A DNA stretch of 64,000 nucleotides, taken from the NCBI GenBank assembly GCA_002269645.1, contig NIVC01000572.1, positions 1-64,000 on the forward strand, read 5' to 3'. The translations under genes and the position numbers were made by a program. Every line of letters begins with the position of its first letter. The stretch's first letter is position 1. Of this stretch, positions 40,646 to 54,600 are shown piece after piece. The notes beneath the pieces were generated by a model. The model ran no database searches, was not told the origin of the DNA, and saw only the letters and a list, made by a program, of their open reading frames with translations. Source of the stretch: Macrostomum lignano. Taxonomy: Eukaryota.

Positions 40646-41215
40646 TAAGCTAGATTTCCACCCTCCGATATGAGATTTTATATATAGATTTCTAAACACA
40701 TATTGCATTTTGATAAAAAAAACTAGGCTGGGTAAAAGCTGAGATTAGAAACTCTTAATAGACAACAAAAGGCGGTAAAATACAAAAGACAAATGGCTAC
40801 AGAGGCAAGTATATGTACATATAATAATTATTATAGCATAAAAGCAACTATACAAAAATATTTCATTGTGTGCTACAAACTTCACTGTTCTAAAACTATA
40901 CACCGAACAGACTATACTATACTACTATAAGTGTGAAACAACGCATTACGTAGTACGCGTTCTATAAAAGAATGTGTAATTTTTACTTTCAATTCCGTTC
41001 AAAACTGCGTTACAAAAGTACAACAATGGGAACTATTAATTTAGGCAGGTAATACACCTATTGCTGCTGCACTGCTGCGATAGCTGTGACTAGAATGAAT
41101 ATAGAGTATTATATGGATAGTTGTGTAAGAGAAGCATGTACTTTTATATTGTGATTTACCAAAATATGAGCTATGGTTACATGGAACTGAAAACAAGTTA
41201 GAACATTGAGAAGAA

Positions 41216-41645
41216 ATGTCTCTTAGACATGTGTCACTCAGTGTGTCTCTTAGACATGTGTCACTCAGTGTGTCTCTTAGACATGTGTCACTCAGTGTGT
41301 CTCTTAGACATGTGTCACTCAGTGTGTCTCTTAGACATGTGTCACTCAGTGTGTCTCTTAGACATGTGTCACTCAGTGTGTCTCTTAGACATGTGTCACT
41401 CAGTGTGTCTCTTAGACATGTGTCACTCAGTGTGTCTCTTAGACATGTGTCACTCAGTGTGTCTCTTAGACATGTGTCACTCAGTGTGTCTCTTAGACAT
41501 GTGTCACTCAGTGTGTCTCTTAGACATGTGTCACTCAGTGTGTCTCTTAGACATGTGTCACTCAGTGTGTCTCTTAGACATGTGTCACTCAGTGTGTCTC
41601 TTAGACATGTGTCACTCAGTGTGTCTCTTAGACATGTGTCACTCA
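41216..41645. repeat. 27-bp perfect minisatellite, ~16 copies, PIP4K2 3' region
   Basis: Unit GTGTGTCTCTTAGACATGTGTCACTCA; no variant unit seen. Confidence 0.97.
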
Positions 41646-41935
41646 ATGCCTCAATACTAAAAAAACTCATGAAAAATGTTAAAACCAAAACAACAACGCG
41701 AATGGTCGGATAAAGTTTTGTGCAAATCGAATTTCATCAAAAAGCTATGGATATTGGGTATGGGAAAAGCTACTGGTGCAGATAAAAATGTTGTACATAA
41801 TCTAGTGATCCAGCAACTCTACACATTTATTTAAAAGAAGTCAAATTTAATAAAAATCACTCACAGAACTGATTGTGAATTTGCTAACTAAACCGATGAC
41901 TTGAAGCATGCAAATAAAATATAATATTCTCAACA

Positions 41936-44900
41936 TTACTCAATACAAGCGTCGATAAACTCGAGGAACCGTCTGGCATAAACCTCGGGTCGAACTGTGC
42001 TCAGCTGATTCTCATTGTTGTAGCCGTGCTTCATCGATTTGTAGGTTTGAGCAGTTCTCTTGCGCACACCGTAGCTGGTGAGTATGTCTATTATGCCCAG
42101 AAAGTACACCAGCTGCCGACTGGATGACTGCACGCCGTACCTGCAGTAGCATTTGGCATTGCTGATGTCCATTGTCACTGGCTCACCCACACACTATTCA
42201 CAGGCTGTGTCTCACTCACTATGCACCATTCACAGGCTGTGTCTCACCCACACACAACATTCACAGGCTGTGTCTCACTCACTATGCACCATTCACAGAC
42301 TGTGTTTTACCCACTATGCACCATTTACAGGATGTGTATCACCCACTATGCATCATTCACAGACTTTCTCACCCACTATGCACCATTCAAAGGCTGTGTC
42401 TCACCCACACACACCTTTCACAGACTGTGTTTTACCCACTATGCACCATTCACAGTGTTTTACCCACTATGCACCATTCACAGGCTGTGTCTCACCTACT
42501 ATGCACCATTCAAATGCTGTGTTTTACCATTCACAGGCTGTCACACCCACCCACACACCATTCAAATGCTGTGTTTTACCATTCACAGGCTGTCACACCC
42601 ACCCACACACCATTCACAGGCTGTCACACTCATCCACGCACCATTCACAGGCTATCACATCCAACCACGCACCATTCACAGGTCGTTATTTTCGTTATTC
42701 ACTCGCGCTTTAAATCACCTTTCAAAAACTGGATCGAGATTTCCTAGAAAGGCAGAATAACGAAACGAACGACCGGGCTCCAAGCCGCCTCCGCCGCTCT
42801 CGCCGCCGCCCTCTCCCATAGCACTCGGACTCTCCGGCGATGCACCGTCGCCGCCAAACACGCGTTCATCGTCGCCGCTGTCTTCAGGCACCGGTTGAAG
42901 AGCTGCGGCAGCGGCGGCCGCTGCCGACGGAGGCGACACCGCGGCGCCTTCGTTCCCAGACCCAAGTCCGGCGTCGTCCTCAGCCTCTGGATCGTCTTCG
43001 AAACCGCCGCCGATCTGCAGGTCGTGAATGCCGATGAGCAGCGAATAATCCATGAGATTATTGCGCTGGAGAAAGTCGACATCGGCCCTGAGCGTGAGCA
43101 ACAGGCGGTGTTTCTGCGACTCGCCAATGCTGATTCGCTCTTTGGTGTTGATAAAATCGACGTCTTTGTAAGTTGGCAGCTCCTTGCTGCGCTCCTTCTC
43201 GCTGGCCTCTCGGTCGATCGTGCTGCCCTTCAGGTCGTATTTGCGGTGGATCTTCAGGCGGGGACTGAATACGCAGCTGCGGATGCGGATTGGGGAGTGA
43301 CATTGTGGGAGTGACACCTTGAGGAAGAGTGACATTGTGGGAGTGACACCTTGAGGAAGAGTGACATTGTGGGAGTGACACCTTGAGGAAGTGACATTAT
43401 GAGAGTGACACCTTGAGGAAGAGTGACATTATGGGAGTGACACATTGAGGAAGAGTGACATTGTGGGAGTGACACCTTGAGGAAGAGTGACATTGTGGGA
43501 GTGACACCTTGAGGAAGTGACATTATGAGAGTGACACCTTGAGGAAGAGAGACATTATGGGAGTGACACCTCGAGGAAGAGTGACATTATGATAGTGACA
43601 CCTTGAGGAAGAGTGACATTATGATAGTGACACCTTGAGGAAGAGTGACATTATGATAGTGACACCTTGAGGAAGAGTGACATTATGATAGTGACACCTT
43701 GAGGAAGAGTGACATTATGATAGTGACACTTTGAGGAAGAGTGACATTATGACAGTGACACCTTGAGGAAGAGTGACATTTGACATTATGAGCGCGACAC
43801 CTTAAGGAAGAGTGACATTAAGATAGTGACAACTTGAGGAAGAGTGACATTGTGAGAGTGACACCTTGAGGAAGAGTGACATTATGATAGTGACACCTTG
43901 AGGAAGAGTGACATTAAGATAGTGACCCCTTGAGGAAGAGTGACATTATGATAGTGACACTTTGAGGAAGAGTGACATTATGATAGTGACACCTTGAGGA
44001 AAAGTGACATTATGATAGTGACACCTTGAGGAAAAGTGACATTATGATAGTGACACCTTGAGGAAAAGTGACATTATGATAGTGACACCTTGAGGAAAAG
44101 TGACATTATGATAGTGACACCTTGAGGAAGAGTGACATTATGATAGTGACACCTTGAGAAAGAGTGACATTATGATAGTGACACCTTGAGGAAGAGTGAC
44201 ATTATGATAGTGACACCTTGAGGAAGAGTGACATTATGATAGTGACACTTTGAGGAAGAGTGACATTATGACAGTGACACCTTGAGGAAGAGTGACATTT
44301 GACATTATGAGCGCGACACCTTAAGGAAGAGTGACATTAAGATAGTGACACCTTGAGGAAGAGTGACATTATGATAGTGACCCCTTGAGGAAGAGTGACA
44401 TTATGATAGTGACACTTTGAGGAAGAGTGACATTATGATAGTGACACCTTGAGGAAAAGTGACATTATGATAGTGACACCTTGAGGAAAAGTGACATTAT
44501 GATAGTGACACCTTGAGGAAAAGTGACATTATGATAGTGACACCTTGAGGAAAAGTGACATTATGATAGTGACACCTTGAGGAAGAGTGACATTATGATA
44601 GTGACACCTTGAGAAAGAGTGACATTATGATAGTGACACTTTGAGGAAGAGTGACATTATGATAGTGACACCTTGAGGAAGAGTGACATTATGATAGTGA
44701 CACCTTGAGGAAGAGTGACATTATGATAGTGACACCTTGAGGAAGAGTGAAATTATGATAGTGACACCTTGAGGAAGAGTGACATTATGATAGTGACACC
44801 TTGAGGAAAAGTGACATTATGATAGTGACACCTTGAGGAAAAGTGACATTATGATAGTGACACCTTAGAGAGTTAAAATATGAGGAAGAGTAACAATGAG

Positions 44901-47900
44901 AGTGGCACTTTGAGTAAAAGTGACCACGTAAGAGAGAGAACTTGTGGAAGAGCTTGAGGAAGGCCTAGTTTTTATTAGCAATAGACTTTTAAAAAATCAA
45001 GGAGTATATTTAAAGCAGGTTAACTTACCGAGTAACTAGCAGATAATATTCGGTGTCCTCTACCGTGGCCCGGTACATGCCTAGGTATTGGGGCAGCAGT
45101 GTGGAGGCGCTGCACTCCACTATGTAGCCGTGATAGGCCTGGTGAAAAGAATTTCGGAAAATTATTCTAATATTTATTGTCATGCCTTTGGAGCATTTAC
45201 TAATGTTAACTGGATATATATCTGATAACTGGTAAATCACTTGAATCTAATCAGCCGACCGATAGATAATTGGCCCCTTTGATCTCATCAGCTGACCGAT
45301 GGATAATTGGCCTCTTTGATCTCATCAGTTAACCGATAGACAATTGGCCTCTTTGATCTCATCAGCTGACCGATAGATAATTGGCCTCTTTGATCTCATC
45401 AGTTAACCGATAGATAATTGGCCTCTTTGATCTCATCAGCTGACCGACAATTGGCCTCTTTGATCTTATCAGCTGACCGACAATTGGCCTCTTTGATCTT
45501 ATCAGCTGACCGACAATTGGCCTCTTTGATCTTATCAGCTGACCGACAATTGGCCTCTTTGATCTTATCAGCTGACCGACAATTGGCCTCTTTGATCTTA
45601 TCAGCTGACCGACAATTGGTCTCTAAATTAAAACCCTTCAAGTCCCTCACCTGTAGAATATGGTGCATCTGCTCAACTTCTTCGCTACCAATAGTTTTAA
45701 TTACATAGTGCCGATTATAAGTGCACAGAAACTTGCTGCCGGACCGGCCCTGAGAAGCGTCGTACTGAGGTTGGCGTTTAATAAAGCTGTCCAGGTATTC
45801 TGTGCGTTCAATGCCGAATTTTGATCGCAAATCGGCAAACACCAGGGGGCAGTACTCCTTGAACTTGAACTTGCTCGGCATGCTGTCTCTGACACGGGTT
45901 TTGTGGCACATAAGGGGGTTCGTTTATGAGATTTCTGAGTTTCTTGTTAACTAATTGCATTAACTTGGAATTGAAAAAGCTAGAAAAACAGAGATGTGAA
46001 ACACAGAAGCAGAGATGTGAAACACACAGAAGCAGAGATGTGAAACACAGAAGCAGAGATGTGAAACTCACAGAAGCAGAGATGTGAAACACAGAAACAG
46101 AGATGTGAAACACAGAAGCAGAGATGTGAAACTCACAGAAGCAGAGATGTGAAACACAGAAACAGAGATGTGAAACACAGAAGCAGAGATGTGAAACTCA
46201 CAGAAGCAGAGATGTGAAACACAGAAACAGAGATGTGAAACACAGAAGCAGAGATGTGAAACACAGAAGCAGAGATGTGAAACTCACAGAAGCAGAGATG
46301 TGAAACACACAGAAGCAGAGATGTGAAACTCACAGAAGCAGAGATGTGAAACACAGAAGCAGAGATGTGAAACACAGAAGCAGAGATGTGAAACTCACAG
46401 AAGCAGAGATGTGAAACACAGAAGCAGAGATGTGAAACACACAGAAGCAGAGATGTGAAACTCACAGAAGCAGAGATGTGAAACTCACAGAAGCAGAGAT
46501 GTGAAACACAGAAGCAGAGATGTGAAACTCACAGAAGCAGAGATGTGAAACACAGAAGCAGAGATGTGAAACTCACAGAAGCAGAGATGTGAAACTCACA
46601 GAAGCAGAGATGTGAAACACAGAAGCAGAGATGTGAAACACAGAAGCAGAGATGTGAAACACAAGCAGAGATGTGAAACTCACAGAAGCAGAGATGTGAA
46701 ACACAGAAACAGAGATGTGAAACACAGAAGCAGAGATGTGAAACACAGAAGCAGAGATGTGAAACTCACAGAAGCAGAGATGTGAAACACACAGAAGCAG
46801 AGATGTGAAACTCACAGAAGCAGAGATGTGAAACACAGAAGCAGAGATGTGAAACACAGAAGCAGAGATGTGAAACTCACAGAAGCAGAGATGTGAAACA
46901 CAGAAGCAGAGATGTGAAACTCACAGAAGCAGAGATGTGAAACACACAGAAGCAGAGATGTGAAACACAGAAGCAGAGATGTGAAACACAGAAGCAGAGA
47001 TGTGAAACACAGAAGCAGAGATGTAAAACACACAGAAGCAGAGATGTGAAACACAGAAGCAGAGATGTAAAACACACAGAAGCAGAGATGTGAAACACAG
47101 AAGCAGAGGTGTGAAACTCACAGAAGCAGAGATGTGAAACACAGAAGCAGAGATGTGAAACACAGAAGCAGATGTGAAACTCACAGAAGCAGAGATGTGA
47201 AACACAGAAGCAGAGATGTGAAACACAGAAGCAGAGATGTGAAACACAGAAGCAGAGATGTGAAACACAGAAGCAGAGATGTGAAACACACAGAAGCAGA
47301 GATGTGAAACACAGAAGCAGAGATGTGAAACACACAGAAGCAGAGATGTGAAACTCACAGAAGCAGAGATGTGAAACACAGAAGCAGAGATGTGAAACAC
47401 AGAAGCAGAGATGTGAAACTCACAGAAGCAGAGATGTGAAACTCACAGAAGCAGAGATGTGAAACACAGAAGCAGAGATGTGAAACTCACAGAAGCAGAG
47501 ATGTGAAACACAGAAGCAGAGATGTGAAACACAGAAGCAGAGATGTGAAACTCACAGAAGCAGAGATGTGAAACACAGAAGCAGAGATGTGAAACACAGA
47601 AGCAGAGATGTGAAACACAAGCAGAGATGTGAAACTCACAGAAGCAGAGATGTGAAACACAGAAGCAGAGATGTGAAACACAGAAGCAGAGATGTGAAAC
47701 TCACAGAAGCAGAGATGTGAAACTCTCAGAAGCAGAGATGTGAAACTCACAGAAGCAGAGATTTGAAACACAGAAGCAGAGATCAGAAAATCTCAGTAAG
47801 CAGATGCTAAACACAAAAGTAGAAGATTAAAGCCCGAAAAACAGTACGCCTAAAACAGATTCAAAAAATGAAACGAAGCACCTATTGAAGATACCTATGC

Positions 47901-48668
47901 AAAAGCAATCAGGGACTGTCAAAGAACAACACGCCTGATTGTGATAGCGAACCATTTTTTCAGATACTAAAAGCAGCAATAGGAAGCCAAATTGTTAAAG
48001 AGACATAGAAAAAAGAAGAGATGCTTTTACTAAGGCATTTTAGCGCATAGCGCATAACATACGCCAAGGGTGTGGCCCACAGCTACATAACTCAAAGGAC
48101 AATTGGTTTAAAATAAATGATCATTCACAATACACATATTGCAGGCTTTTATATGAAACTAATTTTCTAAAACTACTCACTTATTAAACAGATGATTGTC
48201 CACCTTGACTTTTAAATTACTTTTGAAGTCATCTGGCAGCAGCATTGTTCGCTTGTTGACGTGGTCCAACTGGTCCATCTGTGCTCAGGTTGATAAGGGG
48301 TCATTTGAAGGTCAACACTACAGTACATCGCGTCAAGATTGATAAGGGGTCATTTGAAGGTCAAAACTACAGTACATTGCGTCAGGTTGATAAGGGGTCA
48401 TTTGAATGTCAACACTACAGTACATCGCGTCAGGTTGATAAGGGGTCATTTGAATGTCAACACTACAGTACATCGCGTCAGGTTGATAAGGGGTCATTTG
48501 AAGGTCAACACTACAGTACATCGCGTCAGTCATAATATACATACTTTTACTCACCGAATAGTTAATGCCCCACATGATGACAGATTTGAGCGGATCGCTA
48601 GCCCGAAACAGCTTCAATTTCTGGCGAACGCCTTTCACTTTTCGACTTTTCTTAACTTGAATCTCCAT
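41936..48668 (-). CDS. PIP4K2: phosphatidylinositol-5-phosphate 4-kinase type 2; complement join(48668..48555,48278..48181,45888..45651,45138..45029,43276..42719,42140..41936), 440 aa
   Basis: Exons join in frame (1323 nt). Motifs LFRASDPL, PDDFK, KVDNHLFNK, FKEYCP, GRSGSKF, YDLKGST, MDYSLLIG and GIIDILT. Activation loop KRTAQ has Ala at the type II specificity position (PIP5K has Glu). Confidence 0.96.
42185..42680. repeat. ~32-bp degenerate minisatellite (PIP4K2 intron 5)
   Basis: Unit approximately CACTATGCACCATTCACAGGCTGTGTCTCACC. Confidence 0.88.
43290..44870. repeat. 32-bp minisatellite, ~49 copies (PIP4K2 intron 4)
   Basis: Unit AGTGACACCTTGAGGAAGAGTGACATTATGAT; period checked at 43621/43653. 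Confidence 0.96.
45255..45620. repeat. 33-39-bp minisatellite (PIP4K2 intron 3)
   Basis: Unit TCAGCTGACCGACAATTGGCCTCTTTGATCTTA. Confidence 0.93.
45985..47790. repeat. 21-23-bp minisatellite (PIP4K2 intron 2)
   Basis: Unit CACAGAAGCAGAGATGTGAAA(CT/CA). Confidence 0.96.
48285..48530. repeat. 48-bp minisatellite, ~5 copies (PIP4K2 intron 1)
   Basis: Unit CAGGTTGATAAGGGGTCATTTGAAGGTCAACACTACAGTACATCGCGT. Confidence 0.93.
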
Positions 48669-48699
48669 TCTTTTAATGGGCCCCTAATAATTAACTTAC

Positions 48700-51600
48700 T
48701 GCAATTCTGCACACTTGATTTCTTCAACTAATAAATCCAGTTGACAATTTTGACAGACACTTAGTTGAAGAAATCTGTAAAAAATAATAGAGAAGTATAT
48801 AAAAACTCAATGATCAGAGTTAGATTGCCTGCTGCTTAAAGGTCTATAGTGAACAAATTAAAACATGTTAAAAATCTATAAACTTATAAGTAAACTAAAG
48901 ATATCTGCTTTGTATGGCAATCATTCTAATAATCTAATCACTAATGTAAATTACATATTCTTTTTTATATACATGGATATATTATTAGTATCAATAACAA
49001 ATGTTTATTATTGCTAATGATAATTACACTCTTAATTTCTTAAATAGACAAAATGATAGACCTAGTAAGTTTATTGGCCTTAATTATTTGAAGTGTGTAT
49101 CTATCAACTATGTTTTAGTACCTACAAGTTTAATATTTCAATAGTGTTATAGTCTATTTTCAAGTGTTCAAATCTTGCTTTGACTAAAATATTATTAACT
49201 TTGTTAAGCTTAGATGTTTTTTTCAATGATAAAGATAACAAGTAGTAGAAAGAGCTTTATATCTAGTTAGCATTAATATGAATCAACCTTTCACTTAAAA
49301 CATTAAGATATTTGTTTTCATTAATGAATATTTATATGCAACAGTCTGAGCCCCTATTTTAACAAATGTTATACTATACAACATTAAAAAAATGGCATAT
49401 ATTTTGTCTATATCTTTAACCCCCCTATTTTGGCTAAGGATCAAATTACACTTCTTTAACTTCTCTTACTTTGCTGCAGACACTAGTGGCATAATGCACC
49501 AATATGCTAGATAACTTTGAAGTCACACTAGGCTCCTTAGGTCTATCTTAGGAGAGTTTGGATTTTTTAATGAGTGTCAACCTAGATAGCATCCTTTAGA
49601 CTACATATCACAATTCACATTAGTTATCCTCAAGGCAAAGGAAACAATAAACTTAACCTAGGCTTGATTTCAAGTGCAGTGAATATAAATTTGGGGCTAA
49701 ATTAAAAACTTGGCTTGAAGCTATTTGCATTATTAATACCCTTGAACGTCAAGAAGGTCAAGATGGCTATAGGCTACTAGAAGTTTCTTCTTTGGCATTT
49801 TTCTTCTTGCATTTCCCTCCAATGTTTCCCTTCTATCATTCACCCTTAGCAGCATTTTCAAATAAACTTTTATATTTAATTTGTTCAAATATACTTTGTT
49901 AAGTCATTTACTTTTTTGTCCATTTGATATTTGTTGTAAGTTAGGCCTATTATGATTTTTAAAACTTGCTACAAAGCACAGAATATTAGCAACCACTTTT
50001 ATAGCCACATAGCCGCTTAGCAATTTTCATTTCAAGAGAAAATACTAGAAGGGAAGTGCTAAACAGGATGCTACTACTGCCTAGAGGGGAAGTGCTAAAG
50101 GGAATCTGTCCTCAAGGAGAAAATTTTAAAGGGAAATACCAAAAGAAAACACTAGAATAAAAATGCCAAATACTAAATAAGAAATATCTATAAGCCAGAA
50201 TATATAATACAAGACAGAGCATCCAATTGACTTACAATTACATATATAATACTAATAGTATTAATATTACTCTTTGTAATAGACCAAATATTTTATCATG
50301 AAATCAAGTAAGAAAATAGCTTTATAGTTATTAATTCTTAGGCCTATTTTAGCGTAGAATTTAGTTGTAGAATGCAAGTATATAACTATGGCCAATCAGA
50401 TTTTACCAATGTTAAGCTGTGTGCTAGTTGTCTTGTTTGCTGACAATATATCTGCTAAGCAGACAAAAGTTTCTTTTTAAAACTGTTTATCTACTGGCCA
50501 GATAGGGGTAGGATGATGAGTGGGGTAGGGACATTGCCCACAAACCTTTTTTTAATACATTGTATAAGAAATTGTATTATATATCTTATCTTTTCTCTTC
50601 TCTCTACTATCTCATTTTTTAATCTCTAGTCTCCCCTCTGTCATTTCTCCTCTATTCTCTCTATTCTCTAGCTCCTTTGCTCTCTATCTCTTTTCTCCTT
50701 TCTTCTCTCTCATCTCTTCTCTTCTCTTGCTTCTTCCCTATAGCTTTTTTCTCTTTTCTCTCCTCTTTATTTTCTACTCTTATCTTTTTTGTACTCTCTT
50801 TTCTCCTATTCACTCTCTTGTGTCACCTCCACTCTTATCTCTCATGTTCTTGAGTCTCTTCTTCTCTCTAATCTCTCCTGTCTCCTCTCTCCTCTCTTGT
50901 TAGTCATCTTTCTTTTTTTGTCAGTTGTCTTTCCTCTCTTTTCTTTTGTATCTCTTCTCTTCTTTCTACTTTTATCTATTTTCTATATCTATTATCTCTC
51001 TTCTCCTCTATCTGCAGTTTCTGCAATTTTTTGCAGTTGCAATATTTGACATAAAATCAACAGGCTAATTGGACATAGTTCACCAATTTTTATTATGCAA
51101 TATTTATATATGTACTATATAGTATATGCATATATAATAATATATACAGCTATTTAAACATAAGCTACATATGACTAAGAAAAAGAAAAATAAAGATAGT
51201 CAAACAAAATGACAGTTTCATTGCATTATTAAAACTGAGCAAATCATTTTATAGCTATATCCTTGTGTCCACTGTTCTCAATATGGCAGTACAATGGCCA
51301 TAGCAACTAAGAGTTTATAGAATATATATAGTTATACAATCTATTGAAAACATATAATTATGATTAAAACTACAGAACTAATTCTTTTATTCACAAAGCA
51401 AAAGCATTTAGACTTTTGTCTTGCTCCTCTAGAGCTATTAACTTTGTTTCCAAAGAATAGTGAACATAAATAGCAATGTGTGAGATGAGAATGAGTGATA
51501 TGTTAATGTTTTATAAACAATTATATTCCAGAATTAAAAAAAAACAAAGAAAAGGTTAGCTTAAAGTTTATAATTTCTTAGAATATTTTATGGAGGTGGT

Positions 51601-54600
51601 GCACACCACCAGCATACCGTGATTTCATTGCAACATTGCATTGGCACAGTGTCTAAAAGTCATTTTTAATAGCAATGTACTTTCATTTATGTAGATTACA
51701 TGTAAAATACAATGGCTTTCATTTTTTACTCCGACATGGTTTAGAATAGTAGATAAGACAGCACTACTGCCTTAGTCTAAATTATATAGTGACACATTAA
51801 AACAACTATAAGTTATAACATAGTTTAGAACTTTACTATCCTATAAGTTACTGCAATGTCTGTTGCCAATATAAATTGTTGCTGGGATATCTGTTGCCAA
51901 AGCATCTTGTCACCTAAGTATCCAGAAACCTATGTCGGTTACTATATCTACTAGCTAGCACTGGCAGACAAATAGCCACTAGCCATTTGCCCAGGGCAGA
52001 CAAGTAGTCCAGTAGACGAATAGTCCTAGATTCATTGTTAGCAGACAAACAAACTGGAAACCCATTAAACTAATATTATATTAAATTGTACATAGCAAGA
52101 GTTGAGTGGCTACAAATTGGACAACAAGTAGAATTAGATAGCTAACTAAGGTATAGGGCCTAAGCCTAAGGGGTGAATAAATCATCATGATGAATTATAC
52201 CATTTGATTAGTTTGTTATACCCTATCCTATACCTATATACATTTAATTAGCTATATACATTTTAACTTTAGACTTTGGTTTAACTTTAACAAAACCAAT
52301 TGGTCATGTTATATACATTAAAAAAATTAGAGTAGGCCTACTAAAAATACTAGACCTAGCTTTAGACCATAGTCAGGATCATGCTGTGTGCCCCGAAAGC
52401 CACCTCAATTTTTTTTTCAGTCTGCGCTAGGTACGCCAGGTAAAATGCACAAGTGCGCTAGGTGCGCCAGTCCTAAATCCTAATCACAATATATTGTAAG
52501 TCATAACATTTTGTGTAATTGCAAGAAAAGATTATAAATTGAAGATTTGAAGATTTATGTTTTTAATTTCAAAAATAAAGAATAAAGAAGAGAAATAAAA
52601 CATGATTTAGAGAATATTTTGAATGAAGCAATGGTTGTCAATTGTCATTACAATATACTTGCAAAATCATTGTTAAACTTTGTGCAAAATTTCACGCTTC
52701 ATGTACTTTACATGATTTTGTCTTTTGCAGTAGCCATGGCGTAGCCTCCTCCAGTGTGCACCATGCATATGCACCAATTGTATATACACCAAGGTGTATA
52801 CCAGAAGACCCTTTCAAAAATTTTGTATGCCAAGTGTACGCCAGCTGTCCAAAATGTGTGCCAGAAATTTCCTGTATACATGACATGATCCTGAGTGTGG
52901 GCTTAAGACTACAATAAAATTATATAGAACTTACTAAAGGGTACCAAGCATATATAATAATTAGACCTAAAATGTTGTCTTATGAAAAATTTTAAATGTA
53001 TATATTGAAAGCAATTTATATCAACCAAAATCAGAATTAGATAGGCCTACCCTAAAACATTTAAAAATAGATACTATGGCAATAAAAGGGCTTGTATTAA
53101 GATAGGTCTAGCGTTTTATTTTATCTAGCCATTTTATCTAGAATCTGAGCTTTTTTAGGTAATTAATTAGATTTAAATTAAAAAATATGCAAAACAAATA
53201 TTTCAAAATTATACAAAAATTGTAGAATGTAGGCCTATATTTTGTCAAAAAAAATTAAGATTCTTATAAAGTCTAAAAGAACAAAGATGTGATAATAACA
53301 GTAATTTCTATCACACAATACACAGATTGCCGGTTGTACTTGCTTGTAGAAGTTGTAGCCTGTAGGTAGGCCTATAGCCTAGGAATTGTAGTACATGATA
53401 TGCAATTATTATATTACACATTGCCATTGCATAACATTGTTACTGCCATAAAATATTTTACACATAATATAAATCAGATAAATGTTAATTTTATCTGTGT
53501 AAAAAGTAAGATAAAGTTTTAGTGGAGCCGTAGACTAGAGGGATGTCATGTCTTGTAATGTAGGCCAGTTTAATGCAAGTCACAATTTACAACAAAAGTT
53601 TTGACACCTTATCTAAAAATTAGGCCTAACGTTTTTATTAAATTTTATATTATACATATTTTATTGAGATAAAGTAAGAAGACAATAGATGGATATTTAA
53701 ACAAAATTTAAAAATATTTAAAGCATTATTAATATGCAATTGCTTTCAGACTACCCAGAAACCTCAAACTTAGAGGCTCTTCATATAGCTTGTTCTGGTT
53801 CTAGACACAGAACCAATTTGTAAAGTATAACTTTTTGTTTCCTAAACTAAAGGGATATTAGTGCTTTGAAATTGTGATTATTGAATGGCAATAGCCATAC
53901 CTATTTCGATGAAAAATAGGTAATTAAATACAATACTCAATTTAACAACAGTTTTCCAGTTTTTGTGTCTTATGGTATAGAACTTCTACGTTTTTAGTAA
54001 AAAAGTTTTTTAAGTGTTTTTCTGTTATAAAAGTAATAAACGCATATAAAAAAGTCTAATATGTTTGTTATTGCCATATTTTGACTTCTGCTTTTTCAAG
54101 GAAATTTACTTTTAAAAATTGATACCTACCTGACCCTGCGTCCCTGCCCGGTCGTAAATAGCTTAGAGCTAGTGTAGTATAGGCCCTAGTAATTTTGAGT
54201 TTTCACAATTGTTGTATAAGTCGGCTCTCACAAAGAACATTAGACGTTCTAATTTTTACTAGCCGCAAATCTTATCCTTTTGCTATCCAGTTCTTTCCTG
54301 TTTTTAGTTTTACTACATTTTATGTTTGAGTTAATTCATTTAAGTTCAGCTAGGCCTAGCCAAACTTGCAATTTTTTAATTTAATTTTTTTTCATTCAAC
54401 TTTTCTAACAGTATGGGGCCTACTTTTGAAGTTGTATGTTTGTTGAGAAGAATAACAATGCAAATTTTCATGCTTTTTTATTTTGATTTTCTAAAAATGT
54501 TTATAAAAAGATTAAATACTTTTTGTGTACAAAACCTAGGTAACAGTTGCTCAGTAAGCATTGCTTATTTTAATAGTATGTTAATGTTGTTAAATACATT

